NCBI GenBank assembly: GCA_018003015.1
Contig: JAGNEZ010000008.1
Location: 97,599 to 161,598, forward strand
From: Phycisphaerae bacterium
GTDB lineage: Bacteria; Planctomycetota; Phycisphaerae; UBA1845; PWPN01
DNA: 64,000 nucleotides
Direction: 5' to 3'
The translations under genes were made by a program, and so were the position numbers. The notes beneath the pieces were generated by a model, which saw only the letters and a list, made by a program, of their open reading frames with translations, ran no database searches and was not told the DNA's origin. This document shows, in pieces, positions 36,277-45,300 of the stretch. Every line of letters starts with the position of its first letter. Positions within the stretch are counted from its first letter, which is position 1.

Positions 36277-38208
36277 CTACGTTCCGCAAGTGGGGTCCAC
36301 CGGTACCTCTGGCCCCGAGAAGCAACCCTTGAACACATCCAGGTCGCCGCCGTTCACCACGCCATCACCGTTCAGGTCGGCGTCGCCACACTGAATCTGG
36401 GCCAGCGCCCCCTGTTGTGCGGCGCCCGTGTAGCACGCCTGAAAGTGACCAAAGTCGGCCTGATCCACATCGCCGTCCCAGTCGTAGTCCACGATCGACT
36501 TGCCCAGGAAGCGGCCCAGGATCTGTCTATCCTTGACGGTCACGAGAGCGTTGCAGTTGAGATCGTACTTGAGGTAGTCGACATAAGCGACCGGGGCAGA
36601 TGACTCCAGTTCGCCCTCGGCCCCATCCGACGGGGCTTCGAAGTATGCCAGGGTGGTCGTGCCGGTCGAGAAGGTGCGAATCGGCGTGGCCAAAGCCGCC
36701 TCGAACAAGGCCACATCGGCCGCATCGACCACATTGTCGCGGTTGAAATCGCCCGGCTTGAAAGCGTAGATCCCGCTGATGCCACCGAGTCCGTTATCCC
36801 TGAAGAGGATCTGCGGCACAACGAAGGTCCCCGCGGCGCCGACGTACTGGGCTTGCCGCAACTGCATACGCAGCAACGTAACGCTGGTACTCGCCGAACC
36901 TTGGCCCGCGATAAACTTGAGGTGTTGGCGTTTCGATCGAACGCCGACAAGCCGTCCCTGCGGATCGTATCGCCAGACTCCGGCCTGCTCGCTGCTGTCA
37001 CAGAAGTACAGCGTTCCGTGGGCATCGGCGGTCATGGTCCAGATATGGGGAACGATGCTACCCTCCGCCGTTGGATAGGTGTTCACGCCCGGATCCGAGC
37101 CGTCCTCGAGCTGCGATCTCGACACGGATTTGCCGTTCCACTCCATCCATTTCAGGAAATCGGTTCTGCGTAGAGCGGCAAACGGCCCGGCCACGGCCGA
37201 ACCGCTATCCAGCAGGTAGTCGAGTCCGCCGGTGTTGCCCGATAGCGTGCTTCCTTCAAAGAAGATCTGGTCGCCCGTGGTTGGGTTCGCGGCGTCGAAA
37301 TCGCGCACGCCGGTAGATACCGCCACCGGCTCCGTCCAAACCCGGCGCTCCGTCGCCGGCGCCTCCAAGTCCAGCGTGTTCGCGTAGAGCCAAGCCACCG
37401 CTCCCGTTTCGGCATTCACTTTCCACACCCCACCGAAAGACGGAGCGGAATCGACGAAGTAGATCGACTTTCCATCCGAGGACCAAGTCGGCTGACGCCC
37501 CTGGTTAAATGAGACCTTGGCCGGGTGGGCGACGTCGATGAGATCCTGCGACGTCACCAACACGGTGAAGGCATCGTTCCAGTCGACCGTCCCGAACGCC
37601 CCCCAAATATGGCCCAGGCCGTCCTCGGCCGTGTCGTAATCAGGCTGAACGGTTGTCGGATCACCCACCGTCCTCAGATCCCAGCGGTACATCTTCTTGG
37701 ACCAGGCGTATCGCACGCTCGAACCGCCGACATAAACCTCGCTGCTGTTGTCGTTCGAAATGACCAGGCTGCCGGGAGGATACTCCAGCGTTTGCGTGCC
37801 GCCACCTGGGGCCGGCACGGTGATCGTCAGCGACGTGGGATTCAGGAGCAAACCCGACGGGTTCTGCTTGCCGGTGTCGTCGGCACTGGTCACGCCGCCA
37901 GCCACATCCGACGCGCGGGCAAACCGGTTCAGATCACTGTCATACGTGCACTGGCGTCCCGTGGAAGTCGCCAAATCGTAGTGGCGGAAACCGGTGACCG
38001 TGCCAAATGTGCCGATCCAGAAGCAGTCACGGCCCGGGTCGTACACAAAAGCTCCAAGCGTGATGCCGCTGGTCGCCCCGGTTGCCCCGGCCTTGTTGAC
38101 AACCACCGTCATATTGTCTGGGGCCTGAGCCCAGGCGGCGCTTGCCAGCATCCCAAGCAATGTGCCACATACCAACAACACCCGAGATGTTCTCCACCCA
38201 GTGCGCAT
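36277..38208 (-). CDS. Secreted protein (probable beta-propeller-like body) with a C-terminal Cys-bracketed dockerin-like module
   Basis: 643 aa with signal peptide MRTGWRTSRVLLVCGTLLGMLASAAWAQA. An internal Ca-loop is DFNRDNVVDAADVALFEAAL. The tail is DYDWDGDVDQADFGHFQACY...CGDADLNGDGVVNGGDLDVFKGCFSG...C. Confidence 0.8.
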   Translation of the reverse strand: MRTGWRTSRVLLVCGTLLGMLASAAWAQAPDNMTVVVNKAGATGATSGITLGAFVYDPGRDCFWIGTFGTVTGFRHYDLATSTGRQCTYDSDLNRFARASDVAGGVTSADDTGKQNPSGLLLNPTSLTITVPAPGGGTQTLEYPPGSLVISNDNSSEVYVGGSSVRYAWSKKMYRWDLRTVGDPTTVQPDYDTAEDGLGHIWGAFGTVDWNDAFTVLVTSQDLIDVAHPAKVSFNQGRQPTWSSDGKSIYFVDSAPSFGGVWKVNAETGAVAWLYANTLDLEAPATERRVWTEPVAVSTGVRDFDAANPTTGDQIFFEGSTLSGNTGGLDYLLDSGSAVAGPFAALRRTDFLKWMEWNGKSVSRSQLEDGSDPGVNTYPTAEGSIVPHIWTMTADAHGTLYFCDSSEQAGVWRYDPQGRLVGVRSKRQHLKFIAGQGSASTSVTLLRMQLRQAQYVGAAGTFVVPQILFRDNGLGGISGIYAFKPGDFNRDNVVDAADVALFEAALATPIRTFSTGTTTLAYFEAPSDGAEGELESSAPVAYVDYLKYDLNCNALVTVKDRQILGRFLGKSIVDYDWDGDVDQADFGHFQACYTGAAQQGALAQIQCGDADLNGDGVVNGGDLDVFKGCFSGPEVPVDPTCGT

Positions 38209-38421
38209 AGCTCTGCCCTCTCCCTTCCCTCACACCCGACTCCGGCTACCCCCGACTCCGACATGGCCCGAAGTGTGAACCTCTAGAGCCCGGGCCGCAG
38301 CTTGCCACCTTTCGACTACCAGATCAGTCGCTATTCTAGGGCATCCCTGCCGTGCCGACCATCATACCGCGCCGCAAGTCGAGCGGCAATATAATCTTCG
38401 CGCTTTTCGGAACTTGGCCGC

Positions 38422-39630
38422 TCACCGGGTCGGTTGGCTCTCCCCAACCACGTCATCCAGACCAAGGGAATCGTAGCCGTCAATCGTAAACGGCGACCCC
38501 TGCCAAACTTTACTTTCGGAATCAAAGTAAGGCTCGACAATCGCTTGCCTGATCGACTCCGCGTCCGTCTCCTCGGGATCGTAGATCACCCGGACATAAG
38601 CTTTCCCTGGGCCGGGCCAGGCCTCAACCTTCAGATAGCCGGGGACGGCCAGCATGTCGTCGCGCCACAGAAATCGCTCGGTGAACAGGGTCGCCCGGCC
38701 TCGGCAGGTCAGTTCGGTGACCCTCAAATCGAGTGTGGCCGTTTGGGCCGGGATAACGCCGCGGGTTAGCTGGAAGGACGGCATGGGGAAGGCGTAAACA
38801 GCCGCCACCGCGCTTCCGATGCAGGCGAGCAGGACGGCGAGCAGGACGGCTTGCGGCCACGCTCGGCGGGGCGGTCCGGGCGGTCCCCAACTGATGGCCC
38901 CCTTTTCGACTGCCGGGCATGCATCCACACAGTTGAGGCACGACAGGCACCGGGCGTGGGTGACTTGCCTCACACTGGCCACCGGAATGGCCATCGGGCA
39001 CACGCGCGAGCACTGGCCGCACTGCGTGCAGGTCTCTTCGCTCCGCTTCACGCGGGCAAGGCCGAACCGGGAGAACGGGTTGAGTACCGCGGCCAGCGGG
39101 CACAGCCAGCGGCAGAACGGCATGGTGGCCAGCAGCGAGCCAATCACGATGGCCCCCGCAACCACGTAGGCCCAGAAGGTGATGTCCTCGCCATGCCGAC
39201 CAATCAGGGCGTAGCAGGGATCGAATGCCCTGAACTCCAACTCGCTGGCCCGCCAAGTGATCAGGATCACGACGGCCACAACCACATACTTAAGCAGGGC
39301 CAGACTACTGTCCACCGGCCCGGGCACCCGTCTGGGCTGGAGGCCGAGCCGGGTGGCCAGACGACCGAGCACCTCGGAAATCGTGCCGATCGGGCACATG
39401 TAGCCACAGAACACCCGTCGCATGAGCAGCGTGCAGACCAGCACGCCCGCGAGGATGTAGAAGTTGGAGATCCCCAGCGAGCAGATCAGGTTGCCTTCGG
39501 TGGCGTAGTTGTACAGGGCCTCGACGCCGCCGAAGGGGCACCACTTCTCCGCGTTACCCTTCACGACGAACACGGCCACCAAGGTCAGAACCAGGAACCC
39601 GACCTGAACAATGCGCCGCCGCGTTCTCAT
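38422..39630 (-). CDS. Membrane-bound polyferredoxin (NapH/MauN/NosR-like 4Fe-4S protein) with an extra C-terminal alpha/beta domain
   Basis: 402 aa with CP-type membrane motifs (WCPFGG, CGYMCPIG, CRWLCPLA) and two ferredoxin motifs (CTQCGQCSRVCP, CLSCLNCVDACP). The C-terminal ~110 aa are soluble-looking (LDLRVTELTCRGRA...VRVIYDPEETDAESIRQAI). Confidence 0.8.
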   Translation of the reverse strand: MRTRRRIVQVGFLVLTLVAVFVVKGNAEKWCPFGGVEALYNYATEGNLICSLGISNFYILAGVLVCTLLMRRVFCGYMCPIGTISEVLGRLATRLGLQPRRVPGPVDSSLALLKYVVVAVVILITWRASELEFRAFDPCYALIGRHGEDITFWAYVVAGAIVIGSLLATMPFCRWLCPLAAVLNPFSRFGLARVKRSEETCTQCGQCSRVCPMAIPVASVRQVTHARCLSCLNCVDACPAVEKGAISWGPPGPPRRAWPQAVLLAVLLACIGSAVAAVYAFPMPSFQLTRGVIPAQTATLDLRVTELTCRGRATLFTERFLWRDDMLAVPGYLKVEAWPGPGKAYVRVIYDPEETDAESIRQAIVEPYFDSESKVWQGSPFTIDGYDSLGLDDVVGESQPTR

Positions 39631-39736
39631 ACTGTCTTGGGCTCGCTACACGGTTGCTGAACAAAACGAGTCGCAGGCAATAGAGCCCGCGACTCGTCCA
39701 ACAGAGACAACCCTATTGGATGTCTGAGGCGCGCGA

Positions 39737-40654
39737 CTACTTCTTGTCCTTGGCGGCGTCTCCGGTCTTGGCTTCCTCTTTGCAGGCAGTACCACCCTTG
39801 GCCCCGATGCTGCAACTCCCTGCGCTCTTGCACGAGCCACAGTTGCCGCCGCCGCTGCACTTGGATTCCTTGACCTTGGACTCGACCTTGAGGGCGCTGG
39901 CAAAATCGGCGCTAGCGGTCACGGCACTGAGATCCTTGCAGTCCTTGGCGTACTTCTTGACCGCATCCGACTGGCTCGGGGGCACGTTCTCGAAGCATGC
40001 GGCGATCGCGGCAAGCCCGCCCGCAGTGTCGCCGGTCATCGACTTCAGGGTGGCCAGGTCAAACAGGACGTTCGGATTCGTCTCCTCTTCCTTGGCAAGC
40101 CTGACGCCCTTGAGCAACTCCTTGGCCTGGTCCATCTTCTCCTGGCGGGCCAGGGCGACACCCTGCAGGATTCGAGTGTGGTTGGTGATCAGCTTGGCCC
40201 CAAGTCCACCGAGCAGCTTCTCGGCATCGGCACTCTTGTCCATGGCCAGCAACGTCTCGGCCAAGCCGATCGCAGAGTCGGCGGTATCGGCCTTGGCGTG
40301 CATCTCACGGTCAAGGGGCAGAGCCTCGCCGTACAGCTTGTGCATGTGGTAGAAGTTGCGCAGGCTCCTGGCGGTCAGCTCCCACTTCTCGGGGTTCTTC
40401 TCCTTGGCCAGACCGTCACGAAGTGTGATCACGCGCTTGAGAACCATGTACTGGGTGCGGTACCCCTGATTCTCGGAATCTGCCTTCGCGGCCTTGGCGT
40501 ACGCCTGCAGCGCCCCGGCGAAGTCCCCCTTCTGCAGCAAGGCTTGACCCTCCGCAGAGCTCGCGGCGGCATCGCTGGCAACGGCCCACACGTGCCCGGA
40601 GGCGATCAGCACACACACGGCCACAAGAGCCAGGACGGTTTGACGGATACGCAT
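39737..40654 (-). CDS. Secreted TPR-like protein with a Cys/Gly/Lys-rich C-terminal tail
   Basis: The start MRIRQTVLALVAVCVLIASGHVWA is at 40654, after GAGGAG. TPR-like helices are present (GDFAGALQAYAKAAKADSEN...). The tail is KESKCSGGGNCGSCKSAGSCSIGAKGGTACKEEAKTGDAAKDKK. Confidence 0.75.
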   Translation of the reverse strand: MRIRQTVLALVAVCVLIASGHVWAVASDAAASSAEGQALLQKGDFAGALQAYAKAAKADSENQGYRTQYMVLKRVITLRDGLAKEKNPEKWELTARSLRNFYHMHKLYGEALPLDREMHAKADTADSAIGLAETLLAMDKSADAEKLLGGLGAKLITNHTRILQGVALARQEKMDQAKELLKGVRLAKEEETNPNVLFDLATLKSMTGDTAGGLAAIAACFENVPPSQSDAVKKYAKDCKDLSAVTASADFASALKVESKVKESKCSGGGNCGSCKSAGSCSIGAKGGTACKEEAKTGDAAKDKK

Positions 40655-41109
40655 ACCATTCTCCTCGATCACGGCTGGCCGGCACCGAACCGATCCACGC
40701 CCTCAACTCACTTTCCAGTTCACCCCGTGGACCCGGCAGGCGACCCGCAAACAGCGGGAACCGGGTTTGCCGCCTGCTAAGTCTACCAGAACATCGGCCG
40801 TTCGGGAATAGCCATGCACTTTGGGTCCCGTAAAAGCACCCTCGCGAGCTGGCGGAATCGTCGACCACGCTCTTGACTTCCTCGCTCAATATGCGACAAT
40901 AGACGACTGAATTGGTGTGGGTATCCGCTGGCAGGGGCGGATCGAACGGGGAGAAGAAGAGCCACGTGCGTCAACGGGCAGCATGTCCAATCGTGCGCAC
41001 GGGCCCCCGCAAGACTCTCGCGTCATCCCCCTGGGCGCTCCCACCCGATGCGCTGAATCTGTGTGTCGCAGGTTCGCCTGTTCGCGCTCATAGGAAAGCG
41101 AGGAGAGAG

Positions 41110-42156
41110 ATGTCAAGACTGATGGCGGTAGTCGGAATCGTGGCCCTCGTCGCAACGCCAGTCGTGGCGGCTGAGAAGTACAGCGTGGTCGCCACCTGGG
41201 CCAAGGTCAACGGCGGTGGCACGTCGACGGGCTACTACTCCGCTGTGGCGGAAGGAGAGACGTTGTACAGCGCGTTGTCGCTCAGTAGCTCGCCACGTAT
41301 CACCAAGGTGACCGACCTCAATGGTGCCCAAACCGTCACCGAACTGATGTCGACGCCAGCCTGGGTCGCGGCCGGGGGCAAGGGCACTGGCTTCACACCG
41401 TTCTATGGATTCAGCATTTCCGGCGACTACCTCCAGTTCAACGACTCGTCGACGGACGCCATCTGGCGGGTAAACAAGAACACCGGCGAGGTCAGCCAGT
41501 ACGTCACCGCCGCCCAGATCATGGCCTACACCGGCCAGAGTGAGGCCCAGCTGCTGACCCCGTCCGAAACAGCACCCACAGGAGAATTCGTGTTCTACGA
41601 CGGAGCGTCGGACAGCATCCTGATGACCACCGGCGCCGGCGGGCTCAGTACCTACCTCAGCGCCTCTGACCTGACCACGGCCACCGGCAACTCGGATGTC
41701 AGCGGCTCGCTCACCTTTGACCTGGCCGGCAGCTTCTACTGGGGCAACAACGGAAACAAGGCCATGTACAAGCGGGCAACCGACGGCGCGATCAGCCAGG
41801 TGCTCGGTCTGGCCGATGTCACGGCGATCACCGGTGGTACCAGCCTCGGATTCAAGGACATCTACGGCGCCCCGGACGGCTGGGTGTACTTCCAGGACAG
41901 CTCATCCAAGAACATCCTGAAGTTCGATCCGGCCAACCCGGCAGGCACGCTCAAGAACGTGCTGACCGACGCGGACCTGCTGGCCGGTCCCGCGACGGCC
42001 AACAACGTCTACCAGCTGACCTGGTATGAAGGCAAGCTGGCGTTCAATATCCACAGCAGTACGGCAGGGAAAGGCTTCTACGCGATTCCCGAGCCCGCCA
42101 CGCTTGCCCTGCTAGGCTTCGGCGGTCTGGCCCTCTTGCGTCGGCGAACGCGCTGA
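41110..42156 (+). CDS. PEP-CTERM sorting-domain protein
   Basis: The start MSRLMAVVGIVALVATPVVA is at ATG 41110, after GAGGAGAGAG. The C-terminus FYAIPEPATLALLGFGGLALLRRRTR has the PEP motif, a TM helix and a basic cluster. Confidence 0.85.
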   Translation: MSRLMAVVGIVALVATPVVAAEKYSVVATWAKVNGGGTSTGYYSAVAEGETLYSALSLSSSPRITKVTDLNGAQTVTELMSTPAWVAAGGKGTGFTPFYGFSISGDYLQFNDSSTDAIWRVNKNTGEVSQYVTAAQIMAYTGQSEAQLLTPSETAPTGEFVFYDGASDSILMTTGAGGLSTYLSASDLTTATGNSDVSGSLTFDLAGSFYWGNNGNKAMYKRATDGAISQVLGLADVTAITGGTSLGFKDIYGAPDGWVYFQDSSSKNILKFDPANPAGTLKNVLTDADLLAGPATANNVYQLTWYEGKLAFNIHSSTAGKGFYAIPEPATLALLGFGGLALLRRRTR

Positions 42157-42218
42157 CCAGAAGCCGGGGCGGCCAAATCGCGTCGCCCTGGCGACTGGAG
42201 GATAGCCTGACCACCCTG

Positions 42219-42273
42219 CAGGTCGGGCCACGCGATCGCGGCTGACACCGGCTGGTCCGCGCGGCCCGACCTG
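42219..42273. terminator. Long GC-rich hairpin between two convergent genes (candidate bidirectional terminator)
   Basis: CAGGTCGGGCC (42219-42229) pairs perfectly with GGCCCGACCTG (42263-42273), and inner GCG/CGC pairing is possible. It is followed by TGCTTCT. It lies in the 193-bp gap between the stops at 42156 (+) and 42350 (-). Confidence 0.4.
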
Positions 42274-42349
42274 TGCTTCTCGGGGTCCTTTCTCCAGCCG
42301 CTCCAATACGACCACGTCGAGTCAAGGCAAACTTGCCCAGCCGGCGTGG

Positions 42350-45300
42350 CTACTTGACCGGTTGAGATGATACCTTCGTCGGAGGTCTCGGCGGCGAGAT
42401 GGCATCCAAGCGGGCCTGGTATCGCTTCACGGCGCCTGCATCACCGTCCTTCCGAGCGCGACGAATCGCCCGCTCTAACACTACGGGATGATCGCTGTAG
42501 CCGGCCACGCGGGTGGCCAGTTCATCCGCGATCGCCTGGCCACGGGCCCTCTCGACCGCGTCCAGAAGACCCGGCACCCGCGCCACAGGAAGCATGTCGG
42601 CACCAACCAGCCGCGTCTCCAGGTCGATGGCAAAAGCTTGATCGCCACACAGCCGGGTGGCGTCCGCGATCCAGAGCCAATCGTCGTCGGCTTCCTTGCC
42701 CAGTTCCTTCATGCACGCCTGCACGATGGCCGAGGCTTCCTTCCTCAGACCGTTCTCCGCAGCCCACGAAGCCATCAGGCAGAGATGTCGCGTGGCCACT
42801 GAGGCACCAAGCGAACCTGCCGTGCGACGCGCTTGAATGTCAGACACGATCGCACCCAGGAACCGTGCGGGATCGGCCATCTCAACGGCCGGCGGCAATA
42901 GGTCGCGCGAGTCATATGGCTGGGCGAGTATCTCGTCACCCTGGGCGATCATGTCCAGCAGTTGCTTCACCTCGCCCCGAAACGCGTCGAACCGGCCTGC
43001 GGCGGCATCGCGACGAGCGATCGCGGCTCGAAGCTCGCGATGACGGACAGCGGCCGTGCCTGCTCCCAGGTGTCTCCGCAGCCGCTCCACTTGGCGATCG
43101 ACTTCGGCCCTGTCGCCCTCGGCGGTCAGGCGGTCGAGCCAGGCCGAATCGAACTCCTCGGACAGACCGTCCACCGGCGTCGGGCTGAACAGAGCCGCAA
43201 GGCGAGCCTTCTGCTCCGGCCGTTGCCGCTCCGGCCAGGTCGCCAAGTACTGATCGATTCGGCTGAATCGATCATCGGTACGCGACAGGGTCCGTCCCTT
43301 GAGCGAATCGGCCGCGAGCAGCCATCGGAGGATGTGCCGGGCCTGCTCGGCCTGCCCCTTGGACAGGCATACCCGGGCCAGCGTGGTCAGGTTCACCGTG
43401 TCGGTCGGCTCGAGATACGGGACCATCCCCGCGAGGGCGTCGGCCAGTGGCGCCGGCAAAGCGGCAGGGCCTTCCACGGCTAATGCCAGGAGCATGAGTC
43501 GATCCTTGACCGTCAGGGCATCGCGTTTCTGGGCGTCGAGCAGAACCCCGATCAGTCGGTCTCGAGTGCCGTTGATCCTTGTCGCCTTCAAGAGGCCGTC
43601 AATAAGACCGGGCACGTCCCGGCGTTCGGGGCGAGCACCCACCAGCATGCCCGCGTATTCCTCTTCCGCGAACGGCATGTCGGCCAAGGCCTCGAACAAA
43701 CGCGCCCGCTTCCACATCGGTGTCCGCTGCCTGTCGAAGAACTCAACCATGCCCCCGCCCGCGGAATCCGGCGGCCAGAAGGGAGTGTAGAAGCGGCCGT
43801 CGTCACGGTTGTGGGTCATGAATCGCCGGAAGGTCGTTCGGACATCGTCGGGGCGTCCCAGCCGGCGCAGAATCCGCATCAGTTCGACGGGTGCCAACGG
43901 AGTCTCGTCACGATGGACCGTAGCCAGTGCGGCCAGCGGGCAGAACAGGTCATAGTAGAGCTCGGTGAGCGTGCGCCACTCGTAGGATTCCATGATCGTA
44001 CTCTTGGTCAGCCGAGAGGACAGAAGCGCCGCCAGCTCCGCACAACGCTGGCTCTCCTTCATCGAGGTGATCACTTTTCGGCTGAAGATTCGATTGCCCG
44101 GCGCCAGCTCGAACGCCCCGCGGAACGCGGCCAGAGCCTCGGTGTGACGATCCGCGGCTTCCAGCAACAAGCCGTGCGTGAACTTCACCGTCGCCGTGGG
44201 CGGTTCGATTTCCTGGCGATCGGCCAGATCCGTGATCGCCTCGTCAAGGTCCGCTGGCCGCATGATCCCGATCAGCGAATCGAGCGTCCGCTTCTGGTCG
44301 TACTCCATCTGCTTGCCGCCGAGCAAGTTCTCCAGCGCCTCCTTGATCAGCGGGACTGCCTCGTCGTGCTTGCCGGCTGTCTCTCGGGCCACGGCGACAG
44401 AAGCGAGCACAGCGGTCTCGTTGGGATTCTCACTCAACAGAATCTCGCCCAGCCGGAAACCGACATCGGGACAGGCGGGATTGTGGTTCCACCGAGTCTG
44501 CGCCAACGTCGCCGTGCCCCGTTCGCCTGAAACCCGCACCTTCGGCGCCGACCGAAACAGGCCGACTAGGGTGTCGGCGAGTTCCTTCTCTGGTTGAAAG
44601 GCCAACCGTCCCGCCAGACCGAGGATCAGCATACGCTGCTCCGCAGGCTTCGCTGCGGCAACCATGGCCCGAACCAGTTCAGGCCGCTTGGCAGGGGTGG
44701 CCTTCTCCAGCAGCTGAGCCAGCGCATCGGCGCCGAGCGATGCCTGCTGGGCCGCGTTTTGCACCAGGGCGTCGATTTCCGGGAAGGGCTGTCCCAGTCC
44801 TTCGGCGATCTTCATGCGAAGCTGGTCAACGTAGACCCGTTCCTTATCATCCAGCGCAGCACCGATCTGGGCAACCTCGTCCAGCAACCGGGTGCGATCC
44901 TGCTCCGTCAGGCGATTCCAGACCAGCCGAACGCATTCCTCCAGGCTTTGGGCGAGCGTGTTGCCTTTCTTGATCCTGCGGCATCCGTCCAGCCAGATGG
45001 CCAGCCAGCGTTGCACCAGAACCGCATCATCGAGGGCCATCGCGGCCGCCACCATCATCGGGACGACCTTCTCCTTGTCGGATTCGACCGCCACTGCCGG
45101 CCTCACTTCACCGAGCAAGAGTCGAGCCTGATCATCGCGACCGAGCATGATCAGCACCGGCACAAGCCGCACGCCGAGGGCCGCAGTAACCTCACCCCTG
45201 GCGACTGCGTCGTCCAGACACCCGGGTTCGGTCAAATAGGTCATCAAAGCCAGTTCGTCGGGAGGCCGGCCGGCCACGGTTCCAGGCATAGCCATCGCCG

